The position numbers and the translations under genes are program-made. Below the pieces are notes generated by a model, which was given only the letters and a program-made list of their open reading frames with translations, was not told the DNA's origin and searched no databases. A stretch of 64,000 nucleotides of DNA from an uncultured Bacteroidota bacterium (lineage in GTDB: Bacteria > Bacteroidota > Ignavibacteria > UBA10030 > UBA6906), in NCBI GenBank assembly GCA_963700635.1, contig CAVOYH010000004.1:576001-640000 (forward strand), given 5' to 3'. Positions within the stretch are counted from its first letter, which is position 1. The number at the start of each line of letters is the position of its first letter. This document shows, piece after piece, positions 51,599 through 63,353 of the stretch.

Positions 51599-52183
51599 AT
51601 GAGATCAGGACCCCGTTTTCGGCACGTTTCCCCGGAGCGTCTCGTCTATGAACAGACCCGAATGCGAATCCGGGATGGGGACGTGCTCCTCTACCGGGGG
51701 CGTTCCGTGCCATCTCGAATCATACAGTGGGTCACAGGTTCACCCTATTCGCATGCAGGACTTGCGGTCTGGTGGAACCAGCGGCTCATGGTCCTGGAAG
51801 CAGTCAGCAAAGGAGTCATCGTAACACCACTTTCCTCCAATATCCGCCACTACTTCGGCGACGTTGAGTGGTTCACGAGCACGGCTGAGCTGTCCGTTGG
51901 GGAGCGTCGGCGCCTGGTAGAAGTCGCACAGAAAGAGCTCGGAAAGGAGTATGCGAGCTGGAAGGCCGTTCTTCTGGGGATCCGGCTGCTGTTCGGGGGT
52001 GGAATCGAACGACGTGATGCCCTGCGCCGGGAACGAAAACTTTTCTGCTCCCTGTATGTCGCTGCTGTCTATAATGCGGTCGGTCACGATTTAAAAAGAG
52101 GGACCAGCGACAGGTTTACTTCACCGGCTGATATCGCACGGTCTCCACTCCTCAAGCAGGTTGCAGCACTCAAACGAACTTGA
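51599..52183 (+). CDS. Permuted papain-like NlpC/P60 (YiiX/YebB-like) protein
   Basis: DGDVLLYRG, SPYSHAG, GKEY, LFCS, TSPADI. Confidence 0.8.
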   Translation: MRSGPRFRHVSPERLVYEQTRMRIRDGDVLLYRGRSVPSRIIQWVTGSPYSHAGLAVWWNQRLMVLEAVSKGVIVTPLSSNIRHYFGDVEWFTSTAELSVGERRRLVEVAQKELGKEYASWKAVLLGIRLLFGGGIERRDALRRERKLFCSLYVAAVYNAVGHDLKRGTSDRFTSPADIARSPLLKQVAALKRT

Positions 52184-52290
52184 GTTCCCGCGCCGGCGGA
52201 AGGTCGCCTCTGCCTCACGCGCCCCAATATCGGAAACTCCGGCGCCTCCCGTGCTCCGTTACCCCCCCCCATTTGTAGCCAGAAAAAGCC

Positions 52291-52319
52291 TTGACATTCC
52301 ATCTCTTTATTCGTAGGAT
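52291..52319 (+). promoter_or_regulatory. Sigma70-type promoter
   Basis: TTGACA-17 nt-TAGGAT upstream of the REC-PAS-REC gene. Confidence 0.6.
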
Positions 52320-52377
52320 ATTGCGGATTTACGTAGTCCGCTATGATCGATCACAGAGAGCACTCTCTTTCATCCTC

Positions 52378-53532
52378 ATGAATCCGCCTTCAAATAGGAA
52401 GACTCCTGGCCAGACAATCGTTGTGGTTGAAGACGAGCATATCACGGCGGAGGATCTTCGACGCAGGCTTGAGTCCTGGGGGTATCGCGTGCAGGGTGTC
52501 GCGGCGTCCGGGGAAGAGGCCATCAGGATGACGGAGGCGACGAAACCTGACCTGGTGCTCATGGACATCCACCTTAAGGGTCCGATGGACGGCGTGGAGG
52601 CGGCCCGGCTTATCAAGGCGCGCTCCAACACGCCGGTAATCTATGCATCATCATTTTCCGATCCGGCCACACTGCGGCGGGCTCACCTGACGGATCCGTC
52701 CGGCATGATCAACAAACCGTACAACGATCATGAAATGCGGTCCGCCATCGCTTCTGCGCTCTCCAAACACACGATGGAGCGTCAGATTGCTGAAGCGGAG
52801 GATCGATACCGGCGACTCCTGGCGACGAGCTCTGATATGATTTTTCTCCGGAAGCGGCGGCGGATCCTGAGCGCCAATGGCGCGGCCATTCAGTCTCTGG
52901 AGTATCCGCTGGCAGAACTCCTGAGACAGGATCTTCCTCACTTCGCCGCTCGGGAGTCTGTGCCCTTGTTGACACTTGTTCTGGACGAAGTGGAGAAGGG
53001 CCGGGCTCACCGGAATGTCGAAGTGCTGTTCCGGACGAAGTCCGGATTGCCTCTCACTGTTGCCTTTTCGGCGGACACCTGCATGCATCATGGGGAGTCC
53101 GCTGAGCAGATCGTGTTGACTGCCCTTACACGCCGGGGTGTTACGGAAGAGGAAGAGGCCACGGATTCTCCGCGTGTGCTTATCGCCGACGACGAAGAGA
53201 CGAACCGCACCATTGCGCGTCTGATGATGGAAAACCTGGGTTTCGTCGTTGATGTGGTCACCGATGGGCATGCGGCTGTAGAGGCCGCACGAACAGTTCC
53301 GTATGCGATGATTCTGCTGGATTGCTGGATGCCCGGGCTGGATGGCTTCTCCGCAGGAAGGGCAATCCGGTCCATGTCGTTGCCATCCCCTTCGACGAGG
53401 GTGGTTGCAATGAGTGCGGATATGCGGGATGGCGACAGGCAACGATGCCTGGATGCGGGCATGGACGACACCATCTCCAAACCGTTCACGATGGAGCAGA
53501 TGCGGTCACTTCTCTCACGATCCGGGCTTTAG
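52378..53532 (+). CDS. Response regulator REC-PAS-REC
   Basis: VVEDE..DLVLMDI..KPY; PAS-like middle; IADDE..LLDCWMP..AGMDD..KPF. Confidence 0.85.
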   Translation: MNPPSNRKTPGQTIVVVEDEHITAEDLRRRLESWGYRVQGVAASGEEAIRMTEATKPDLVLMDIHLKGPMDGVEAARLIKARSNTPVIYASSFSDPATLRRAHLTDPSGMINKPYNDHEMRSAIASALSKHTMERQIAEAEDRYRRLLATSSDMIFLRKRRRILSANGAAIQSLEYPLAELLRQDLPHFAARESVPLLTLVLDEVEKGRAHRNVEVLFRTKSGLPLTVAFSADTCMHHGESAEQIVLTALTRRGVTEEEEATDSPRVLIADDEETNRTIARLMMENLGFVVDVVTDGHAAVEAARTVPYAMILLDCWMPGLDGFSAGRAIRSMSLPSPSTRVVAMSADMRDGDRQRCLDAGMDDTISKPFTMEQMRSLLSRSGL

Positions 53533-53644
53533 AATCACGTTCGTCACATCCTCTTGTTTGTGTTCCCACCATTCCGTAAATTTGTCCGACGGTGCGCATC
53601 ATTGACACCCCCACTGATGACCACTACCTGGAGGCCAGAATCCC

Positions 53645-54307
53645 ATGTTCATCCGACTCTCTACGTGTATGCTTGTTATCGCTCTTCTTAATATGAGCGG
53701 ATGTGGAAAATCGCCTGAGCAGAAGCGAATCGAAGAGGCGGCCAAACAGGCAGGAGAAGCAGGTCAGGCGCTGAAAGAAGGTGCTCAGAAAATGGCGGAC
53801 GCCATGAAGGGATTGAGCGGGGAGGGTGTGGAAGGAACAAAAGTGGAACCCGTAAATTTCCGGGATCTTAAGGCCCTCCTGCCGGAAGCACTCCCCGGGA
53901 TGACTCGCTCCGGAGCAGAAGGAGAAAAGACCTCCGTCATGGGCATCAAAGTCTCTGAAGCCCATGCGCGTTATGAGAACGAAGAGGGGGCCTCCGTGAC
54001 AGTGAAGATCACGGACATGGGAAGCGTCAGCGGGTTTGTCGGTATGGCAACCCTCGCATGGGCGCATGCTGACGTCGATCGGGAAACGGAGACTGGGTAC
54101 GAACGAACAACGACATACGACGGCCACAAGGCATTTGAAAAATTTAACACTGAGTCCAGGGACGGCGAGCTGAATATTTTTGTCGCCGGCAGGTTTGTGG
54201 TGAATATCGAGGGATACGGAGTCGAGATGTCATATCTAAAAAGCGCCGCCGGCTCGATCAATCTCAAGGCGCTTGAAGCCATGAAAAATACCGGTGTTAC
54301 CAGCTGA
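53645..54307 (+). CDS. Hypothetical lipoprotein
   Basis: Lipobox LNMSGC; conserved-looking LKALLPE..PG and GRFVV.IEG segments. Confidence 0.75.
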   Translation: MFIRLSTCMLVIALLNMSGCGKSPEQKRIEEAAKQAGEAGQALKEGAQKMADAMKGLSGEGVEGTKVEPVNFRDLKALLPEALPGMTRSGAEGEKTSVMGIKVSEAHARYENEEGASVTVKITDMGSVSGFVGMATLAWAHADVDRETETGYERTTTYDGHKAFEKFNTESRDGELNIFVAGRFVVNIEGYGVEMSYLKSAAGSINLKALEAMKNTGVTS

Positions 54308-54322
54308 GTGGAGAGCGAACGT

Positions 54323-54937
54323 ATGCCATTCCCCCATCCCTTCTACCGCTGGCGGCCTCATCCCTGGCATGGACTCGAAGTCGGACCCAAACCGCCTTCC
54401 GTGGTGCATGCGTTTATTGAGATCACGCCTTTCGACCTGATCAAGTACGAGGTGGACAAAGCAACGGGGTACCTCCGGGTGGACCGCCCGCAACGGAGCT
54501 CCTCGCTGCCTCCGTCGTTGTACGGATTTATCCCCCGCACGTATTGCGCCAACCGGGTCGGCGCTCTTTCCGCCAGCGGTAGACATGGCGATGGTGATCC
54601 CCTCGACATTTGTGTCCTGAGCGAACGTCCGATAAGCCGTTCGGAAGTTATTATGAACGCCAGGGTCGTAGGGGGGATTCTGATGGTTGACAGGGACGAG
54701 GCGGACGACAAGATCATTGCGATTCTTGAAAGTGACGCCTTCTGGGGGAACGTACGGGATATCGCCGATCTCCCCGAAATTCTCATCGAACGGCTCCGGC
54801 ATTACTTTGCCACGTACAAACTTATTCCCGGCGCGCCCACCACGCATGTCTCCATCGAAAGCGTGTACGGCGCGGAACACGCGTTTAAGGTGGTGCAGGC
54901 CGCTATGCAGGATTACGAGGAGGCGTTTGGCAGCTAA
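54323..54937 (+). CDS. ppa: Inorganic pyrophosphatase (family I)
   Basis: HPWHG, KYEVDK, YGFIPRT, DGDPLD, DDKII, YFATYK. Confidence 0.92.
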   Translation: MPFPHPFYRWRPHPWHGLEVGPKPPSVVHAFIEITPFDLIKYEVDKATGYLRVDRPQRSSSLPPSLYGFIPRTYCANRVGALSASGRHGDGDPLDICVLSERPISRSEVIMNARVVGGILMVDRDEADDKIIAILESDAFWGNVRDIADLPEILIERLRHYFATYKLIPGAPTTHVSIESVYGAEHAFKVVQAAMQDYEEAFGS

Positions 54938-55419
54938 TCATCCGCCTTCACTTCCAGCAGTACAATGGTGTACGATCGTTGCACCTCGCGCCCTGCGAAC
55001 ATGATCCCCAGCAATACGCTCACCATTCCACCCACAAAGATCCACAGGGGGACGACTTTCATGACGTCCGCCGCTATAAACAGGTTCAAACCGATAACTA
55101 CCGACGTCAGCACAAACAGGGCAATCGCTGTTTGCATGGATAGAATCGCATTGCGGACGAGGCGGCTCCGTGTGAGCAGTTCGCCGCTTTGTTTGCTGAT
55201 GCTCATGAACCGTATGTTATCCGCGTACTCCAGGTGATCGTGCTGTTGAAGGTAACGGAGGTATTTCCGGCGCTCCTCATTCAGGAGCCGGATGCGGTTG
55301 ATAATGATAGAGTACCGATTGTTCAGCCCGAGCAGGAGGAGCCCGACCGCGGAAATACCCAGCGCGGGCGCCAGCATACTCTGAATCGCGAGGATGGGAT
55401 TTATGGGGAGTTCATTCAT
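54934..55419 (-). CDS. DUF2721 membrane protein
   Basis: IQSMLAP...[13 protein letters not shown]; 3 TM segments; start approximate. Confidence 0.75.
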   Translation of the reverse strand: MNELPINPILAIQSMLAPALGISAVGLLLLGLNNRYSIIINRIRLLNEERRKYLRYLQQHDHLEYADNIRFMSISKQSGELLTRSRLVRNAILSMQTAIALFVLTSVVIGLNLFIAADVMKVVPLWIFVGGMVSVLLGIMFAGREVQRSYTIVLLEVKADD

Positions 55420-55567
55420 ACGGAGCACATGGTGGTCGAGTGGATCGTTTCATACAAGATACGCACTTTCTGTGTCGATTCCCACTGCGCTTTCCCCTGT
55501 TTCTTTGTACCTTACCCTACCGGTCCCGGGATCCGGCTCACATGACCCCTCACACAACACTGAGAGT

Positions 55568-56823
55568 ATGAACCCTGTACGTTTTGCCGTCATAGGCCTG
55601 GGAGGATATGGCCTTGTCCATATCGAAGCCGTTCGCTGGCTCGCACGCCAGAAACTTGCCCGTCTTGCTGCCGTCGTCGCGCTCCCGATCGATCGCCAGA
55701 GCCGGCCCGACCTCGTGCGCACGCTCGAGGGCGAAGGCGTGGCGTTGTATTCATCCATCGAGGAGTTTTATGCACGATGGCACGTCTGTCGCTGACGTGC
55801 TCACCGTGCCCATAGGCATCCATCACCATGTTCCGGTGAGTGTTACGGCCCTCCAGGCGGGGCTGCATGTGTATTGTGAAAAACCCGTGGCAGCAACAGT
55901 GCAGGATGTCGATACTCTTATCGATGCGCAGGCCCGTCCGGGCAGGCAGGTCGCCGTAGGCTACCAGCATATCTGCAGCAATGCGATGCAGCAGCTCAAG
56001 CAGAGAGTTGTGAGCGGACGTCTGGGGCAACTGCACACTGCCACGATGCTCTGCGGCTGGCCACGCAGCAAGCAGTACTACTCCCGGAATGAATGGACCG
56101 GCAAGCTGCGCATCGGACGGGATTGGATCCTCGACAGTCCGGCCAACAACGCGCACGCCCACTATGTGCTCAACCTGCTGTTTGCAGGATCCGCAGCGTG
56201 AACGTCGGGCGGCGGTACCCCGGACTCTTCGCGCCCAGCTTCTCAGAGCCAACACGATCGAGAGTCCGGACACGACAGAGGTGATGCTGACCACGGACGA
56301 CAATGTGCGGATGCACTTCCTGCTCACGCATGCGAATGAAACACCGCAGGGCCCGAGGATGGTGATCGTAGGTGACCGGGGCAGGGCGTACTGGCAGTCG
56401 GACGAAGGGCTCACCGCGATCCGCTACGCCGACGGATCATCCGAGACGTTTGACAACCGCCTTCATCCGCAGTGGCGGTACGATGGCTTCCGCAACTTTG
56501 TGGAAGCGCTGCAGGGTAAGGCGGAGGTGCTCTGTCCACCCGGACTTGCCCGCGCCCAGACCCTTGCGATAAATCTTATGCATGAAAGTTGTCCGGAGAT
56601 CAACACCGTTCCCGAAGAAGCGATTGTCGAAAAGGAAGATTGGGAGATGTTTCCGCCTGACACCAAGGGTGTCTTCCGGCGGATACGCGACCTTGATGTG
56701 TACATGGATATCGCCATTCAGGAACGCGTGTTCCTCAATGAACTCGGTGTGGGATGGGCGGGCACAGGAGAAAGCCGTGAGGTCTCCGGCGACAAATATC
56801 CGGGCTTCGGAATCAATCGGTAG
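55568..56823 (+). CDS. Gfo/Idh/MocA family oxidoreductase (frameshifts near 55770 and 56190)
   Basis: FAVIGLGGYG, HVYCEKPV, VGYQH, DSPANNAHAH. Confidence 0.85.
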
Positions 56824-56890
56824 CGGCAGAAACAGTACACCCGTAGATCGTACGCGTCTGGCACGGTCTACGGGTGGGAAGAGATCGGGG

Positions 56891-58237
<1,347 letters not shown>

Positions 58238-58297
58238 GATTTTCCTCTGATCGAATGATTCGTTGTTTGAAAAGAAACGCGAGCAGAACCCGGGCAC

Positions 58298-59461
58298 TCA
58301 CTGCTTGAAGAATGCCGCGACGAGCGTTTCATGGTCCCTGTCGTTGAGATCCTGAAGTTCACCCGCGTACAATACTTCGCTGATGGGCGCAGTGTCGCCG
58401 TCCGGCGTGCGGCGCGACATGTCTTTGGTCAGGGTCTTCAGCCGTTCGAGCTCCTCCTCGTAAAATGCCACGGCCCCGTTGCCGATCTTCAGGGCCGGGA
58501 TTTCGGTGTCGAGATGGTCCGCGTCCAGCACGCATGTCCAGTTTTCCGCATACGGGGTGACCTGCAGCATCTCGGGGTGTTTTGCAATGCCGGTATTGAC
58601 ATCGATGACGCGGCCGCTGACCGGCGCGCGGAACGAGATCCGGCGCTTGTTATGGACTACGCTGAAGAGGGGCTGGCCCTGCTGGACCGTCATGCCGAGA
58701 TTGGGCAGTTCGACAATCTCGATCGGGCCGATGAGTTTGTTGGCAAAATCGTCGAGGCCCACGCGCACCGATCCGTCCTCGTACATGGCCGCCCAGGAGT
58801 GTGTCTGCGCGATGAACACGCCGCCCGGAATGGCAAACTCGCCCGCGCCGGTATGCTCGATGGCCGACACGTGCGTGATATGGACCTTGGGTTTCAGTTG
58901 TTTCTGGATCCGCTCCTGCCGCTTGAACAACGACTTCTTGACGAAGGCCAGGAGTTCATCTTCGGTGAACGGCTTCTGCACGTAGTCCATCGCGCCATGC
59001 TTCATGCACTCAACTGCCGTTTCCACCGTGGCATAGCCGGTAATGATCACGACGTCAATGTCCGGACGGATGTGCTTGACCGACTTTGTGACTTCCACGC
59101 CATCCATGGCCGGCATTTTCAGGTCGGTGAACACAAAATCGTAGTGGTGGGTCTGCAAAAGCCCCAGCGCTTCCTGGCCGATCTGGACGGTGTCGACGGA
59201 ATATCCGTCGAGGACCAGGATCTTCCGGAAGCTGTCCAGAATCACTTCCTCGTCGTCGACGCAGAGTATCCGGGCCTTCGGGTGTTCCACCTCGGCCCGC
59301 TTGAGCGTTTTTGCCTCGCGGCTGAAATCGAGTTTCAGGCTGACCGCGAGGGCGTTCTCCCGCTCGCGGCGCAGTTTGTTCTCCTGAAGCCTGCGCGAGA
59401 TCAGGCGGATGGCGATGTCCGCGATGACGAAAACGATGACGGCTATGATGAACAGGAACAT
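58298..59461 (-). CDS. Membrane-anchored response regulator: TM-REC-GcvH(H-protein)-like domain
   Basis: N-terminal TM helix; VDDE..FTDLKMP..TGY..KPF; HSWA..VRVGLDDFA..APVSG.V..VN..PY..NW. Confidence 0.85.
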   Translation of the reverse strand: MFLFIIAVIVFVIADIAIRLISRRLQENKLRRERENALAVSLKLDFSREAKTLKRAEVEHPKARILCVDDEEVILDSFRKILVLDGYSVDTVQIGQEALGLLQTHHYDFVFTDLKMPAMDGVEVTKSVKHIRPDIDVVIITGYATVETAVECMKHGAMDYVQKPFTEDELLAFVKKSLFKRQERIQKQLKPKVHITHVSAIEHTGAGEFAIPGGVFIAQTHSWAAMYEDGSVRVGLDDFANKLIGPIEIVELPNLGMTVQQGQPLFSVVHNKRRISFRAPVSGRVIDVNTGIAKHPEMLQVTPYAENWTCVLDADHLDTEIPALKIGNGAVAFYEEELERLKTLTKDMSRRTPDGDTAPISEVLYAGELQDLNDRDHETLVAAFFKQ

Positions 59462-59481
59462 GAAGAGATCTCCTTGTGTAG

Positions 59482-60312
59482 TCAGAACAGGGAATTGGAG
59501 CTGCACGGTATCAATTGCTGCAGCTCGTATTCGACATCCGTCGGGACGATCCTGTACATCCATCCCTCAAAGTACGGGTCCTTTTCGAGGACGCCGGGTG
59601 ACAGAGTAAGAATCTCCTGCCGTTCCACGATTCTTCCGCTCACGGGAGCGAGAACGGGATGCACCAGACCGTCGTGGGTCTTCACCTGTGCGCACGCGGT
59701 TCCCTGGACCATCTCTCCGTCCGCCGGAAGGAGCTCCACGCTTTCGATCGGATCGGTAATGCGCACAAAAAGATGGCTGAGACCCACCACCGCTGTCCCC
59801 GTCCCTTCCAGGGCCACCCAGCTGGCAAGGCCGAGCCGGTAATAGAGGGGTGGGCAGGGGACGACCATGAGCATCGGATCGTCCTTTGACGCCCCATCGC
59901 GGGAATGGGCCATTTTCAAATCCCTGTACCGGAGCGCGCGTCTGACGGCAGACAGCAACTCGTCGCTTGTGAACGGCTTGGGCACAAAATCGATCGCCCC
60001 TTCGCGCAATGACCGGACGGCGTTTTCGACCGTGGTGTAGCCCGTTGCCATGACGACCGGTACGTCGGGCGTGAGCCGTTGTGCCTCCTGCAGGATCTGA
60101 AAACCGTCGACCTGCGGCATCATGATGTCGCACAGGATGATGCGGGATGATGCAGCGCGGATACGCTCGAGGCCGTTCTGCCCATCCGCGGCCGTCTCGA
60201 TAGAGTAGCCTTCCGCCCCACAGATCTTCTCCACCGCGTCCAGAATCACCTGCTCGTCGTCGATAACGAGGATGTCGACCTGGCGTGCCAAGCGGCTACC
60301 GTGGTTGCTCAA
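59482..60312 (-). CDS. Response regulator: REC-GcvH-like domain (no lipoyl lysine)
   Basis: IDDE..CDIMMP..TGY..KPF; SWV..AVVGLS..APVSG..KDPYFEGWMYRI. Confidence 0.85.
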   Translation of the reverse strand: MSNHGSRLARQVDILVIDDEQVILDAVEKICGAEGYSIETAADGQNGLERIRAASSRIILCDIMMPQVDGFQILQEAQRLTPDVPVVMATGYTTVENAVRSLREGAIDFVPKPFTSDELLSAVRRALRYRDLKMAHSRDGASKDDPMLMVVPCPPLYYRLGLASWVALEGTGTAVVGLSHLFVRITDPIESVELLPADGEMVQGTACAQVKTHDGLVHPVLAPVSGRIVERQEILTLSPGVLEKDPYFEGWMYRIVPTDVEYELQQLIPCSSNSLF

Positions 60313-62169
60313 TCGGGAGCCTGATACGGAACGATGTGCCCTTGTTCACCGCGCTCTCCACCTTGATGGTCCCGTTGTGGTTGTCTATGATCCCCCAGAT
60401 GACGGACAGGCCGAGGCCCGTTCCTTTCTGCCCTTTTGTCGAGAAGAAGGGCTCGAAGATGTGCGGGAGGTCCTCCGCCGGAATGCCGCACCCCGAATCA
60501 GACACCGTGATCTCCACATACTCGCGCATGCCACCGGTATCGACCGCTTCCCACCGCTGCCAGTCGCATCCCCTGCGCACGCAGGATTCCCACTTTCCCT
60601 GTGTCGGGATTTCAATCCAGAACACAGGAGCGCCACATGTCGGGCACGGTGTATCATGGGCATGCAAGGATATCCCACATTCCGGACAGCTGAGGTCCAT
60701 CAGGGTCCCCTGCGGGACGGGAATGCTCGTCGTATGGTTGTGGCGGCCGTACACCGGATCGATGAACAGATATCCCTCTTCGCTGCCGGAGCGCATCTTC
60801 ACCCTCACCGCGGGGACCCCGTGGATGCGTGTTGTTGCATCGATCAGGGAATGCCGCTTCGGGCACGTGGCCTTCTTGATCTGAGCCGTCCCGTACGGCG
60901 ACAGCCTGATCGGGGACGCACCTATCGTGATCGTCCCGCCTTTTCGACCATCGCATCGATGCCGTTGACGATCAGGTTGATGAAGACCTGCTGTATCTGA
61001 TTGGCGTCGAGCGTGACGCGCGGGAGCGATGCGTCGATGGACTTGACGAGTTCGACGTGGCGCAGGGTGAGCTGGTTGTGTGCAACCTCGATCGCGCGGT
61101 CAATGATCTCATGGAGATTCGCCTCGCTTTTCTTGGGGACGGATTGTCGTGCGAAATCCAGGAGGCTCTTGACGATCTCACGCGATCGCAGGGTCTCCCG
61201 TACAATCACCTTCAAGTCGTCCTGAATCTCCGGCTGGTTGGCCGTGCGCTTGAGCAGGAAACTGCTGTACGTGAGAACGCCGGTGAGCGGGTTGTTGATC
61301 TCATGTGCCACACCAGCTGCCAGACGGCCGAGAGAAGCCAGTTTATCGGACTGGAAAAGCTGGAGTCTGGCCTCGGAAAGTTTGTCGGTCATGTTATTGA
61401 ACGAGCGGGCCAGCTTGCCGAGCTCGTCGTGACGAGTTGACTTGATGCGGTACGCCAGGTTGCCGTCTGCTACTTGTTGCGTCGCCTTGAGAAGGGCAGT
61501 CACGGGTGTGTCCACCCACCGTTCTACAAAAAACCCGATGATGATGCTCAGGGCGACAACCGCACTGAGTGCGAACCACACCATTTCTATTCTGCTGCTC
61601 TGGATTGTCCGGTCGACTTCATTCAATGGCAATGTAACATCCAGAACGCCCAGCACCGTCTGCTGCTCGGGGTGTACATGACAGGGGGCCGACCAGCATG
61701 CCTCTTCGTTGTTGATCGGATTGATCACGCCGAGCATGCGCGCAGAGTCAGGATGCACCTGGAAAACACGTGTCCGGTCTGCAATGGGCAGGCGCTCGAG
61801 GGGACGGTCCGCTGAGTGGCAGGCATAACAGCTCTCGGCGTTCTTGTCCACGGATTTGCCGATGTCTTCCTCGACGGACGAATAGATGATCTCGCCGGTC
61901 TTGTTGAGCACGCGGATCTTGCCTATTGTCGGTTGCCGGCCGATCTCGTTGATTGCAAGGTGAATACGATCCCGCTGATTCAAGAGCATGTCATAACGCG
62001 TACTGTACTTGACGGTCTCGCTCAGCTGATTGGCGTGCCGTTCGACTTCCGCCTGAAGACTGGTGCCATGTGATTGAATATTAAAATAGGCAAAGATGCT
62101 GATAATCAGAATCGCTGTGACACCGACCACCAGAATCAGTTTTAGCCCGATATGTTGCAGAAGCCTCAT
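60296..62169 (-). CDS. HAMP sensor histidine kinase with periplasmic CxxCH motifs and a Cys-rich insert in the ATPase domain (frameshift near 60940)
   Basis: TM-periplasm (CYACH, CWSAPCH)-TM-HAMP; AHEINNP; NLIVNGID; the other frame continues GGTITI...CPKRH... to DSGCGI, FEPFFSTK, GTGLGL. Confidence 0.88.
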
Positions 62170-62177
62170 GCCGTCTT

Positions 62178-63353
62178 TCACCGTTTGGGCACAGGGAGAG
62201 TCGAACCCGGCCGCTCGCGTGGATACGTCTTGTCGTCGTGGCACCCGGCGCAGGTCGGCGGTTTGTCAAAGTGTTTCTCTTCATGGCACAACTCGCAATC
62301 CAGCTCCCGGTGTGCAGCGTCCAGACGGAAACCTGTAACATCATGCTTGAAGGTCTGGGGAGTCCAACCGGCGTGGCAGGCCGAACACTCGGAACTCATT
62401 TTTTCATACCGCTTGTTCTGTCCATGGCACTTCTCACAGGACAGGGTGTTGTGGAACCGATTCAGGGGCCATCCTGCACTGCGGGCGTGGTCAAAGGCCT
62501 CCATCGGTTTGGCGGCGTGGCACCCTTCACATTTGTCGGTGGCGTGGCACGTGAAGCAGGGGGCATGAAGTGCTTCCATCGTGCGCTGGGGCCGGACCTG
62601 CCGGTCTGTTGCTGCTGCGGCGCCCGGCTTCTTCTTTTCATGACAGCGCACACACGCCTCGCCGCGATGACAGTTTGCGCACTGCAGGCCAAACCGGCCG
62701 GCGTGGTCGTCATGGAAGAATGTTACAACACTTCCTTTCTGGCTGCGCGTTTCGTACACGACACGCTTGGGCAGAGGAACCTCGGGATGAGACTTTCCTG
62801 CAAGCTGTGCCTTCTTTAATGCTTCCGTGGTACTCTGATTGGCCTCCCGCTTGAGATGGCAGCTTGTACATTCCGTCGTCTTGCTCCACTGTCTGTGGCA
62901 ATCCATACACTGCCTGTGATATGCGGCTTTCAGATCGGGCATGGTGATGTCTGTCCTTGAGCGGTTTGCCGGATGACATTCTTTACATGCCAGAATCGTC
63001 ATGGATGTGCTGTTGTAGTGGTGACAGCCATAACATCCGCCCGACATCTCCGACATATCAGAATGGAGACGATGGGAGAAGATGACCGGGCCATATTCCT
63101 TGGACACCTTGCTCATGATCAGTACTTCGGGTCCGCTTCTGGGAGGATGAAATCCCGGAATGATACGCGCCCGCGGGCAGGCCGACAGGCAGGGATCGGT
63201 CTTCGTCGGGGCCGAACATTCATGGCAGGTCTGACAGGAGACGTTCAGGGGTTTTGGCGGGACATGTTTCTGCCACTTCGAATCCTGGGCACGTCCGGCT
63301 GCGACGGAGAAAAGAGCTGCAAAACACAGGATGAAAAAATATCGGATTGTCAT
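62178..63353 (-). CDS. Periplasmic multihaem cytochrome c (cytochrome c3-like, 13 CxxCH)
   Basis: Signal peptide MTIRYFFILCFAALFSVAAG; 13 CxxCH motifs counted; FSHRLH and FFHDDH c3-type His motifs; ATGA overlap with the upstream gene. Confidence 0.9.
   Translation of the reverse strand: MTIRYFFILCFAALFSVAAGRAQDSKWQKHVPPKPLNVSCQTCHECSAPTKTDPCLSACPRARIIPGFHPPRSGPEVLIMSKVSKEYGPVIFSHRLHSDMSEMSGGCYGCHHYNSTSMTILACKECHPANRSRTDITMPDLKAAYHRQCMDCHRQWSKTTECTSCHLKREANQSTTEALKKAQLAGKSHPEVPLPKRVVYETRSQKGSVVTFFHDDHAGRFGLQCANCHRGEACVRCHEKKKPGAAAATDRQVRPQRTMEALHAPCFTCHATDKCEGCHAAKPMEAFDHARSAGWPLNRFHNTLSCEKCHGQNKRYEKMSSECSACHAGWTPQTFKHDVTGFRLDAAHRELDCELCHEEKHFDKPPTCAGCHDDKTYPRERPGSTLPVPKR

Noticed and set aside
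52262-52270. C9 tract upstream of a promoter as a phase-variation switch
   Set aside because: It lies outside the -35/-10 spacer, and homopolymer length is unreliable in this assembly.
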